NCBI GenBank assembly: GCA_964385425.1
Contig: CAYLOQ010000001.1
Location: 86,602 to 150,601, forward strand
Source of the DNA: Candidatus Woesearchaeota archaeon
Lineage (GTDB): Archaea; Nanobdellota; Nanobdellia; Pacearchaeales; GW2011-AR1
Reading direction: 5' to 3'
DNA: 64,000 nucleotides
Shown: one piece after another, positions 20,113 through 28,545 of the stretch
Layout: each line of letters opens with the position of its first letter
How positions within the stretch are numbered: position 1 is the stretch's first letter
Made by a program: the position numbers and the translations under genes
Notes under the pieces: model-generated
What the model was told of the DNA's origin: nothing
The model's input: only the letters and a program-made list of their open reading frames with translations
The model's database searches: none

Positions 20113-21759
20113 ATGGCCATAATAAACCTCAACAAAAAACTCTTTGAAAGGGAACTTGGAACCTTGGACTCCAAGATGAAGAACAGAATTGCTATGTTTG
20201 GGACTCCTATTGAAAGGATTACCAGAGACGAGATCCAGATAGAAATATTCCCGAACAGACCAGACCTGTCTTCATACCAAGGATTCAAAAGATCCTTCCT
20301 TGCTTTCTTAGGAAAGAAAACAGGGTTAAAGGAATACAGAATAAATAGTCCTGAAAAAAATTACCAGGTGTATATAGATTCTTCTGTGAGGGATGTTCGT
20401 CCTTATACTGCTTGTGCAATAATAAAGAATCTAAGATTGAATGACGAAAAAATAAAAGAGATAATTGAAATCCAGGAGAAACTGCACATCACTATCGGAA
20501 GAAAAAGAAAAAAAGTTGCAATTGGTATTTATCCCTTAGAAAAAATAAAGCTTCCGATAACCTTCAAGGCTTTAGAGCCAGACAAGATAAAGTTCATCCC
20601 CTTAGAAATGGGTAGAGAGCTTTCCGGACTTGAAATTCTTCAGAGACATCCTGCAGGTAGGAATTATGCCCATCTTTTAGCTGGAAAAGCTAAATTCCCA
20701 ATTTTCATAGATGCGAATAAACAGATATTAAGCATGCCCCCTATAATCAATTCTCAAGCAACAGGAAGAATAACAGAAAAAACCAGGGATGTTTTTGTAG
20801 AGTGCTCTGGATCTGATCTAAAAACTTTAAAACAATGTCTAAATATAATCGTTACGAGCTTAGCGGAAATGGGTGGAGATATTTATCAAATGAAACTAAA
20901 TTACGGAAAGACCCCGGATCTTACACCAAAAAAAGCGAGAATTTCCTTAGAAAATACGAACAAGCTCCTTGGATTGGAACTTAATGAAAAACAACTCAAA
21001 CAACTTATAGAGAAAATGGGCTATAATTATAAAGAGGGAACTGTTCAGGTCCCTGCTTGGAGAACAGATATTTTACACGAGGTCGACCTTATAGAAGACG
21101 TTGCAATAGCCTATGGTTATGATAATTTTATTCCAGAAATTCCAGATATATCCACAATCGGTGAAGAAAATCCGATAGAAGGGATAAAGAGAAAAATATC
21201 AGAAATTTTTTCTGGATTAGAAGTGCTGGAAGTTTCTAATTATCACCTAACAAATAAGAGAAACCAACTGATAAAAATGAGTGTTTTAGAAAAACAAGAG
21301 AAAAATCTTATAGAACTAGAAGAATCAAAAACAGATTTTACAATTTTAAGAAAAAACCTCACCCACCTTTTATTAAAAATTTTTTCAGAAAATGTAGATG
21401 CAGAGTACACACAAAAAATATTTGAAGTTGGAAAGGTTTTCAGATTAGAAGATTCCGGAAAAATAAAAGAGGTTGAAATGTTTGCCATGGCTCTCTCTCC
21501 AGGAAATTTCACAGAAATAAAACAAATATTAGAATATTTCTCAAGGATGACAGGCATACCCTTAAAATTGAAAGAGGGTGAAGAAACACCTTTACATTTT
21601 ATCAAAGGCAGAGTTGCTCAGGTATTTTTCAAAGGAGAGAAGATAGGGTTTCTTGGAGAAATCCATCCAAAAATTTTAAAAAGCTGGAAGATAAAAATGC
21701 CTGTAGCATTAATGGAAATTGAATTAGAAGAAATTTTTAAAGAATTGGAAAAAGATTAG
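20113..21759 (+). CDS. pheT: Phenylalanyl-tRNA synthetase beta subunit
   Basis: PNRPDL, QEKLH, LSMPPIINS, RTDILHEVDLIEDVAIAYGY, GEIHP. Confidence 0.97.
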   Translation: MAIINLNKKLFERELGTLDSKMKNRIAMFGTPIERITRDEIQIEIFPNRPDLSSYQGFKRSFLAFLGKKTGLKEYRINSPEKNYQVYIDSSVRDVRPYTACAIIKNLRLNDEKIKEIIEIQEKLHITIGRKRKKVAIGIYPLEKIKLPITFKALEPDKIKFIPLEMGRELSGLEILQRHPAGRNYAHLLAGKAKFPIFIDANKQILSMPPIINSQATGRITEKTRDVFVECSGSDLKTLKQCLNIIVTSLAEMGGDIYQMKLNYGKTPDLTPKKARISLENTNKLLGLELNEKQLKQLIEKMGYNYKEGTVQVPAWRTDILHEVDLIEDVAIAYGYDNFIPEIPDISTIGEENPIEGIKRKISEIFSGLEVLEVSNYHLTNKRNQLIKMSVLEKQEKNLIELEESKTDFTILRKNLTHLLLKIFSENVDAEYTQKIFEVGKVFRLEDSGKIKEVEMFAMALSPGNFTEIKQILEYFSRMTGIPLKLKEGEETPLHFIKGRVAQVFFKGEKIGFLGEIHPKILKSWKIKMPVALMEIELEEIFKELEKD

Positions 21760-21780
21760 TTTTTTATTCCTAGAGAAAGA

Positions 21781-23196
21781 ATGGAAGATGTTTACGCCAA
21801 AATTAATTCAATAGAAAATTTAACATTGGCTTGGCAAAATGCAAAGAAAGGGAAGACTAAAAAAAGATATGTAAAAAGATTCCAGAAAAATCTAAAAAGT
21901 AATTTATTATCTCTACAAAAAGAACTTAAAAATCATACCTACAAAACAAGACCTCAAAAGAAATTCATATTGAGAGATCCTAAAACAAGAAAAATATTAA
22001 AATCCGTTTTTAGAGACAGAGTTATTCATCATGCGTTATGTAATATTATCACTCCTGTTTTTGAGGGGGGATTTATCTATGATTCACACGCCAATCAAAT
22101 AGGAAAGGGGACGCTGAAGGCGTTAGAAAGATTTGACAAATTTAAAAGAAAAGTTTCTAAAAATAACTCTAGAAATTGCTATGTTTTAAAGGCAGATATA
22201 AAACACTATTTTGAAGAGATAGATCATAAAATCTTGATAGATATCATAAAAAATAAGATTAAAGATGAGAGAGTTATATGGCTCGCCTATAAAATCTTAA
22301 AGAGTAGCAGAGAGAGAAACGAGCAATCCATTAAAGATAAAGGCATGCCTTTAGGAAATTTAACATCGCAATTTTTTGCTAACGTTTACCTTAATGAATT
22401 AGACAAATTTGTTAAACACAAGTTAAGAGCAAAATATTATATAAGATATGTTGATGATTTTGTAATTCTGCATAGATCTAAGGAACAGCTTGAAAAGTGG
22501 AAGAATAAAATAGATATCTTTCTAAAAGAAAAATTGGATTTAAAATTACATCCAAATAAATCTCAGATTTTAAAATTAGAAAAAGGGATTAAATTCTTAG
22601 GCTTTAGAATTTTCAATTATCATAAGCTTTTAAGAAAGAGCAATATGAAACATTTTGAAAGAAAATTAAATCATATGAAAATAATGCTTGAGGAAGATTT
22701 ATTAAATAGAGAAGAAATTGTAGAGAAATTAGAAGGTTGGCTAGCTTATGCTGTCAAGGGTAATACTCATAAATATAGAAAATATATAGTTCAGAATTTT
22801 AATAGACTTTTTCCTATAGATAAAACAATCCCAATAAAAAATAAGAAGAAACATTTTAACTTTTTGAAAAAGGTTGATGAAAGTACTTTGGAATTTTCAG
22901 TTCAAAAAACTCTTTTTATGTTTTGCAACGGAATGAAAATCAAAGACCTTGCTGAGAAAAGAGGGATAAAAGAAGGGACAGTGTGGAAGCATTTAATAAA
23001 TTTGATAGAGCACAAACAAATTTTAGTATCTCAAGTTTTGCCTAATAAAAAGATTAGACTAATTGCAAATAAGATTTATAATAAAAAAGATGGGCTGAAG
23101 GTGATTAAAAGAAGATTGAAAAGCCATAATATTAATTATGATGAAATTGCTTGTGTTTTGGCAAGTATAAAATCAAAAAATAAAAAAGTGTCCTAG
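21781..23196 (+). CDS. DGR reverse transcriptase with C-terminal HTH extension
   Basis: FRDRVIHHAL, KADIKHYF..IDH, GMPLGNLTSQFFANVYL (DGR-type SQ), YIRYVDDF, FLGF; about 100 extra C-terminal residues. Confidence 0.95.
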   Translation: MEDVYAKINSIENLTLAWQNAKKGKTKKRYVKRFQKNLKSNLLSLQKELKNHTYKTRPQKKFILRDPKTRKILKSVFRDRVIHHALCNIITPVFEGGFIYDSHANQIGKGTLKALERFDKFKRKVSKNNSRNCYVLKADIKHYFEEIDHKILIDIIKNKIKDERVIWLAYKILKSSRERNEQSIKDKGMPLGNLTSQFFANVYLNELDKFVKHKLRAKYYIRYVDDFVILHRSKEQLEKWKNKIDIFLKEKLDLKLHPNKSQILKLEKGIKFLGFRIFNYHKLLRKSNMKHFERKLNHMKIMLEEDLLNREEIVEKLEGWLAYAVKGNTHKYRKYIVQNFNRLFPIDKTIPIKNKKKHFNFLKKVDESTLEFSVQKTLFMFCNGMKIKDLAEKRGIKEGTVWKHLINLIEHKQILVSQVLPNKKIRLIANKIYNKKDGLKVIKRRLKSHNINYDEIACVLASIKSKNKKVS

Positions 23197-23215
23197 TAAG
23201 CAAGTCCAAGTTATT

Positions 23216-23300
23216 AAAGGCGAAACGACCATTGTCGTTGCTAAGATTAGTCCTCGCATTCGACCTAGCCCCGCTGCCGAGCCTGTTGACGTACCACGCC
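23216..23300 (-). repeat. DGR template repeat (TR)
   Basis: 76/85 identical to 23705-23789; non-coding; 18 adenines on the minus strand, all at codon positions 1-2 (AAC/AAT/AGC etc.) when read in the VR frame. Confidence 0.95.
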
Positions 23301-23467
23301 GCCCAAGTTAGCCTATTTACTTCTTGTTTTCACCACCACTTCACACATTAGGTGTCGTGATTGTATTTTATAAGAGCAAGCTCCCATCGTAAATAAACGT
23401 ATAGCCTAGCTTACTTCGTAAAAACGGTTGCTAGGACAAAATTATATGATAAAAACGCTATAAAAAT

Positions 23468-24400
23468 CTATTGACTTGTTAAATCATCAATCGCTTTTCT
23501 AACCTCAGACTCATTAGCAGAACCAATATAATCTCCAATTACAGAATAAATTTGATCAGTAGTTAATAGTCTTTTTCTTAATTGGTCTCTTTCATCTAAA
23601 GCACTTCCAATTTGATCAATTTGTCCAGATTGTAACGTTCCTTCTAAACTTTGAAGTTGAACTCTTGCTTTATCGATGTCAACCTTAGCGTCTCCGACGC
23701 CATAAAAGGCGAAACGACCATCGCCGCCGCTAAGATTAGCCCTCGCACTCGACCCAGCCCCGCCGCCGAGCCTGCTGACGTACCACGCCTTCAAGACTCC
23801 TTTATCGCTAACATCAGGCAAATCTTGTCCCATCATTGTAACATCTTTATCATTAATATATTCTCTTCCTAATTCAAATGTCTTGCCAATAATTTCTGCA
23901 ACTTCATCTCCCGACCTTGCGAATTTAGAATCAACATGATCTGGATGTCCTAATTTTGTTAAAAGTAATTTGTGCTTCATTGCTTGACTTTCTGTTAAAT
24001 CTTTATTAAGAATTAATCCTTTTCTTTGAAGAGTATAAACTCCGTTTCCTTCTAATTTTTCCCATCTGCCGTCAACATCCAAGTTTACTCCGTAATTCAC
24101 TAGCTCTTCATCAGGATTGATTAAGCCTAAACCAAATCTAGCAACCTCTGTCAATTCTCTACTTCCAGTCTCATAAGGTAAAATAACTTTTACAGTTTCT
24201 CCTTTTGTTGCTGATAATGTTGAAGTATCCCAATATTGATCCCTTATTTCAGGATTTTCAATTCCATATTTTCTTATGTCAGCTTCTGAAAGAATAACAC
24301 CTTCGCCTTTTTCATATCTTGCTAAAAGCACTGGTGAGGTATCTACATTTCTACCATAACAAGGTTCTATTGTCCTTCCTTCTAATTGGATGTTTTCCAT
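23468..24400 (-). CDS. DGR target (variable) protein, no signal peptide or TM
   Basis: 310-aa ORF containing the VR peptide AWYVSRLGGGAGSSARANLSGGDGRFAF and a 78-aa helical tail. Confidence 0.92.
   Translation of the reverse strand: MENIQLEGRTIEPCYGRNVDTSPVLLARYEKGEGVILSEADIRKYGIENPEIRDQYWDTSTLSATKGETVKVILPYETGSRELTEVARFGLGLINPDEELVNYGVNLDVDGRWEKLEGNGVYTLQRKGLILNKDLTESQAMKHKLLLTKLGHPDHVDSKFARSGDEVAEIIGKTFELGREYINDKDVTMMGQDLPDVSDKGVLKAWYVSRLGGGAGSSARANLSGGDGRFAFYGVGDAKVDIDKARVQLQSLEGTLQSGQIDQIGSALDERDQLRKRLLTTDQIYSVIGDYIGSANESEVRKAIDDLTSQ
23688..23700 (-). promoter_or_regulatory. Candidate DGR cis-acting hairpin downstream of VR
   Basis: Minus strand GCGTC-GGA-GACGC, 4 nt after the VR; absent downstream of TR. 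Confidence 0.75.
23705..23789 (-). repeat. DGR variable repeat (VR)
   Basis: In frame within 23468-24400 (aa 205-232); 9 differences from TR, all at TR adenines. Confidence 0.95.
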
Positions 24401-24482
24401 AATTTTTTATAGAATTGTAGTTTATAAATCTTTCTATGGTGTTACCACTTGGTAATTAATAACGAGAATAGTTAGAAAAACC

Positions 24483-24968
24483 CTAACCGAAGTAACCTTT
24501 ATTGTTTGCTTCTGATTTGTTATCCCAATTTTGATTTATTTTATCCAAAATAACCAAAAAGTCTCTCTTTATTTCCTTCCATAGATCGTAAGAATACCTT
24601 ACAAATTCAGCTTCTTTTTCTTCAGAAAATTCTGTGTCAAGCCTGATCAAGGTAATTTCATTTTTTGTAAGTTTTTTATAGATGTCTGATGCCTTTTTTC
24701 TCTCTTCTGTTCCAAGGGTCTTAATAATAGAAAAAACAAACATAGGAGCATTTACGGGATTAAGAAGAGTTTCTATAAATCTCATATATCCCCCCAATTT
24801 ATCTGCCATGAACTTCCTTATCTCCCTTATCAAGATATCTGTCTCAACCTCTGCCGCTTTTTCTATCTGAAAATCTTCGTTAAGTTCCCTAAAATCAGGA
24901 AGGTCGTATTTCCTTTTGATTACTTCATAATTTTTCTTTAATTTTTCCAGTTTAGATTTTTCTTCCAT
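24483..24968 (-). CDS. Hypothetical all-helical protein
   Basis: 161-aa ORF with a TATA-like element upstream. Confidence 0.75.
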   Translation of the reverse strand: MEEKSKLEKLKKNYEVIKRKYDLPDFRELNEDFQIEKAAEVETDILIREIRKFMADKLGGYMRFIETLLNPVNAPMFVFSIIKTLGTEERKKASDIYKKLTKNEITLIRLDTEFSEEKEAEFVRYSYDLWKEIKRDFLVILDKINQNWDNKSEANNKGYFG

Positions 24969-25106
24969 ATTTTGAAGTGTGAATTGGGTTTTATAAATCT
25001 TCCTTAGAAGAAAAGCCTCGTCAGGTTTTAAAGTGAGTTATTTTTTATAATCTTCTAATAAGAATCTTATCACTTAAAATATCTAATCAACTTTACGGCA
25101 AGTGGC

Positions 25107-26039
25107 TTATCTTTGTTTTAAGGCATATTTAAGCCTATTTTTAGCGGTCTTCACATAGTTTTTTATTTCTGAAGGGTTCTTATCAATTGCCCATCGAAGT
25201 TTATCAAATGCAGAAAGTAATAAGAATTCACTAATATCTTTTCTTAATTTTATATATTGTTTCTTTTTTATTCCATATCCTTTTGAAAATTCATTAAAAT
25301 CCTTTAAATTTAATTTTTTATATTCCAAAAGCCGATACCCTAATACCTCAACAAATTCTCCATAGGGTATTATATTTGATTCAGCACATCCCCAATCAAT
25401 TAGAATGAAATTTTTATTATTGTCCACAATAATGTTTTCGGGAACAAGATCATTATGAGTTAATCCGAATTTATGTTTTTTTGATTTTAATTGCATAAAA
25501 TACTTTCGTATGATTGGTATTTGTTTTTCATTATAAACTTTTAATTCAATTAATTTATCTTTTTTATTTAGACTCTTAATGTTATAATTAATAAATTTAT
25601 TCCAGCTTCCTAAAAACTTTCCTGTTTTTATATCAAGTTTGTCTCCATACCCTTTTGTTTTAATAGAATTAATTTTCTTTCCATATTCTCCCAATTTTCT
25701 CCAAATTATTGATTTATTAATTTTTATTTCTTTACCACTTTTGCCTTCTATAAATTTGTATGCCATATAAGTTATCCCTTTGTATTTACCAACTTTTAGT
25801 ATTTCAGGGCCAAGGACTCCTTTCTTTTTTGCCTTATTCATACACCACTCTTCTTTTCTAAATTCATCTCTTTCTTTATTTAATCTTAATAAAACTTTAT
25901 TTTTGCTAGTTTTTACTACAAAAACTTGATTTACATCACCTTTGCCAATTATTTGCCTAATTGATATTACTTTTTCTTTTGATATCTTTCCAAATATCTT
26001 TTTAATATTTGTTTTTGAGACCATATTATAATTTAGCAT
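25107..26039 (-). CDS. Aminoglycoside/choline kinase-like phosphotransferase
   Basis: GKGDVNQVF, THNDLVPENII, LIDWG; very AT-rich. Confidence 0.85.
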   Translation of the reverse strand: MLNYNMVSKTNIKKIFGKISKEKVISIRQIIGKGDVNQVFVVKTSKNKVLLRLNKERDEFRKEEWCMNKAKKKGVLGPEILKVGKYKGITYMAYKFIEGKSGKEIKINKSIIWRKLGEYGKKINSIKTKGYGDKLDIKTGKFLGSWNKFINYNIKSLNKKDKLIELKVYNEKQIPIIRKYFMQLKSKKHKFGLTHNDLVPENIIVDNNKNFILIDWGCAESNIIPYGEFVEVLGYRLLEYKKLNLKDFNEFSKGYGIKKKQYIKLRKDISEFLLLSAFDKLRWAIDKNPSEIKNYVKTAKNRLKYALKQR

Positions 26040-26096
26040 AATAATATAAAAAAGTATGCGAAATGGAATAATTGAACTCAGGACATTTACATTAAA

Positions 26097-26168
26097 AGCC
26101 TCGAGTGGGATTTGAACCCGCGACCCCCACCTTACCGAGGTGGTGCTCTACCACTGAGCTATCGAGGC
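26097..26168 (-). tRNA. tRNA-Thr(GGT)
   Basis: GCCTCGA acceptor stem, anticodon arm CCACC-TC GGT AA-GGTGG, TTCAAAT loop; CCA not encoded. Confidence 0.95.
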
Positions 26169-26205
26169 ACAAATATTAATAAAAGGATCAGTATAAAAAT
26201 TAATC

Positions 26206-26460
26206 CTATTTCCTAGAAATTTTAAGAATCCAAAGAACCAATAAAGCAATTAGAAATGCAAAAGCCACAAATCCTGTTAATATAGACAATATGGCGAAAA
26301 GATTAACAAATATCTGGTTTGAAGAAGCATTATACAAAACAAATGAAAGAACAAATAAAATTACAAATAAAAGAAAATTCCTAATGGACAGATTAATTCT
26401 CTTAGCAATATTACGAACAGGTCTCTTAACTGTTCTCTTTGCCCCTTTCTTTTTCACCAT
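26206..26460 (-). CDS. Small 2-TM membrane protein
   Basis: Basic N-terminus, two hydrophobic helices. Confidence 0.7.
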   Translation of the reverse strand: MVKKKGAKRTVKRPVRNIAKRINLSIRNFLLFVILFVLSFVLYNASSNQIFVNLFAILSILTGFVAFAFLIALLVLWILKISRK

Positions 26461-26494
26461 CTTGTGATAATATTGAAAATATACTTTATAAATA

Positions 26495-26692
26495 TTACTC
26501 GGGGAACCAATCCAATTTAATGGCTTCTCCGGTCAGGGTTTGGGAATTTATATATATCTGATTCATCCATTCGAGATATAGATCAGAAAAAATCTCAATG
26601 TTTTCTTTTTGATGCAGTGCCAAATTATTGTTGCTGATTATTAAAAGAGCTCCCAGTATAAAAAACATAAGAATAATTATGAGAATCTTCAT
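26495..26692 (-). CDS. Small membrane-anchored protein
   Basis: N-terminal TM; abuts the upstream gene. Confidence 0.65.
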   Translation of the reverse strand: MKILIIILMFFILGALLIISNNNLALHQKENIEIFSDLYLEWMNQIYINSQTLTGEAIKLDWFPE

Positions 26693-26693
26693 T

Positions 26694-26996
26694 TTACCCT
26701 GTTTTGTTGGATATCCAATCCATACTAATTGCCTGGGCCGTCATTGATTTCAAGTTATTAAATACAGAAACCAGCCAGGAAACGTAGAGTTTTGTGGCAG
26801 TTATCGCTCCAGGGATTGTTTTGAAATCTATGTCTTGTCCCTTAACTGTAACTGAAAAACTAATATACGTGAATAAGATTAATGCTATTAAAAATATGGC
26901 AAACACCTTATGCCTGAGTCTTTTTATTTCCACTATTACCCATATTGCGATAATCAATACAGCAACTATAAAAAGGGTAAGACCAAATTCTACCAT
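26694..26996 (-). CDS. Small 2-TM membrane protein
   Basis: Two hydrophobic helices; C-terminus (AISMDW) resembles that of its neighbour (AIKLDW). Confidence 0.7.
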   Translation of the reverse strand: MVEFGLTLFIVAVLIIAIWVIVEIKRLRHKVFAIFLIALILFTYISFSVTVKGQDIDFKTIPGAITATKLYVSWLVSVFNNLKSMTAQAISMDWISNKTG

Positions 26997-27078
26997 TTCT
27001 TATAAAAGCGAAGGCAATATAAAAACGTTTCGGGGAAGGAAAATATTTTAATACCCTAATCCACAGATTAATTAATAA

Positions 27079-27151
27079 AGCCCCATAGTCTAGTGGTCAA
27101 AGATACAACCCTCTGGAGGTTGGGACCCAGGTTCGAATCCTGGTGGGGCTA
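27079..27151 (+). tRNA. tRNA-Gln(CTG)
   Basis: AGCCCCA/TGGGGCT acceptor, CAACC-CT CTG GA-GGTTG, CCAGG-TTCGAAT-CCTGG. Confidence 0.95.
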
Positions 27152-27210
27152 TTTTAAAAACCGCTTTTTATTACAATAATCCTTTTTAACCAGCTCTTTA
27201 TAGAAATTAA

Positions 27211-27948
27211 ATGGATAAAATTCAAGAGTGGTGGGATACCAATGCGCAACAATACCAAAGCAAAAGTAATCTTCCAATAGATATTTCTTATGGCCCGGGG
27301 GCTCCAAATGAAGAACAACTAAATTTAATGGGAAATCTTAGTGGAAAAGATATTCTTGAAATCGGTTGCGGGTCAGCACACTGTGGAATAGCTTTTGCAC
27401 TTCAGGGAGCGAAGGTTTCAGGGATAGACATCTCGGAAGAGCAGTTAAAGATAGCAAGAGAGTTAATTAGAAAATATAGGGTAGATATCCGTTTGTTTCA
27501 AGGAAACATGATTAACTTAGAAGAAATAGCCTCAGAAAGTCAGGACATTGTTTTTTCTTCATGGACTCTCCAGTATATCGGAGACTTATCCAAATGTTAT
27601 CAAGAGGTAAACAGGGTATTACGAAGAAGGGGCTTATTTGTTTTCAGCTTAGATCATCCTTTCTGGAGAAGAATAGATAAAAAAGATTTAAAAATAAACA
27701 AAAAATATTTTGAGGTAGGAAGATATGAAGAACCATATATGGGGGGAACATTTGTAGCCTATGACAAGACTGTGGGAGACATTGTAAACCCCCTTTTTGA
27801 CTCAGGATTTACAATTGAGAGATTAGTTGAACCCATTTTGGAAGAAAGAAATGTTGACAAGAGTACTTCAACTGATCAAGCAGAATATAGGACAGAGGCG
27901 CAGAGGTGGATTCCAAGGACCATTATTATCAAAGCCAGAAAGAGATAA
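27211..27948 (+). CDS. Class I SAM-dependent methyltransferase
   Basis: ILEIGCGSA, GIDISEEQL, RVLRRRGLFVFSLDHP. Confidence 0.9.
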   Translation: MDKIQEWWDTNAQQYQSKSNLPIDISYGPGAPNEEQLNLMGNLSGKDILEIGCGSAHCGIAFALQGAKVSGIDISEEQLKIARELIRKYRVDIRLFQGNMINLEEIASESQDIVFSSWTLQYIGDLSKCYQEVNRVLRRRGLFVFSLDHPFWRRIDKKDLKINKKYFEVGRYEEPYMGGTFVAYDKTVGDIVNPLFDSGFTIERLVEPILEERNVDKSTSTDQAEYRTEAQRWIPRTIIIKARKR

Positions 27949-27995
27949 CCGTAATAAGTAACAAAATTTATAAACTCAAACTTTTCATAATTTAT

Positions 27996-28499
27996 ATGGG
28001 ATTAAAAGATTTAAGATTCACAGATGACCAAGTAAGACAAATTACAAGAGATGCTAATAACCATGAGATGACTGATGAAGTAAGAGACTCACTTACAACC
28101 TATCAGCAGTTAGTAGAATCTGCAATAGAAGCAAGAACAGGTCCTGCATATGTTGAAGAGGCTATTCAAAGACATATACAAAAACCTCCCAAGAGATTTG
28201 TTATGTTATTTGGCATAAATCCAAATTATACCGGTCCAACTACTTATGATGAAGATGGTCTCGCAGATAGTCCTTATTATGTGGGTGAGGAATTAACTAA
28301 AGAAGAAATATTCTCTAGGTTAAAAGACGCAGGAATAGTCTCCAAAGGACTTTTAGGCAAACTCAGAACGGAATTTTTACTTCAGACAAAAGTTCATAGT
28401 AGTGGGAATCATTATTCCTTTAAGAGGGTAAAAAGTCACTCCTCAGGGGACAGAAGGTATAGGCTTGAAATAGTATTCCCTCGCCATTCCCATGATTAA
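27996..28499 (+). CDS. Hypothetical protein
   Basis: ATG at 27996 downstream of a tttataaa TATA-like box. Confidence 0.6.
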   Translation: MGLKDLRFTDDQVRQITRDANNHEMTDEVRDSLTTYQQLVESAIEARTGPAYVEEAIQRHIQKPPKRFVMLFGINPNYTGPTTYDEDGLADSPYYVGEELTKEEIFSRLKDAGIVSKGLLGKLRTEFLLQTKVHSSGNHYSFKRVKSHSSGDRRYRLEIVFPRHSHD

Positions 28500-28545
28500 G
28501 TTAGATTAGCAAAACTATATTTTTTATTAGTAACCACAAACTTCA

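Larger units (their letters stand above)
21781..24400. mobile_element. Diversity-generating retroelement cassette (RT, TR, target gene with VR)
   Basis: DGR-type RT next to an 85-nt repeat pair differing only at template adenines. Confidence 0.95.

Noticed and set aside
21781..23196. RT as group II intron, retron or CRISPR-associated RT
   Set aside because: SQ motif plus an adenine-specific repeat pair point to a DGR; no intron ends, retron VTG motif or cas genes seen.
23210..23215. Extending TR/VR by 6 nt (3 more adenine mismatches: two A->G, one A->T)
   Set aside because: Only 3 of 6 match and the VR side overlaps the hairpin, so it may be boundary sequence. Excluded from counts; if included the tally is 11 of 12 A->G.
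23651..23872. 73-aa plus-strand ORF over the VR
   Set aside because: Antisense shadow of the GC-rich VR; adenine specificity fixes the minus strand as functional.
24483..24968. Helical 161-aa gene as the missing Avd
   Set aside because: No Avd-like motif recognised and it lies beyond the target with its own promoter-like signal. Not excluded without a structure search.
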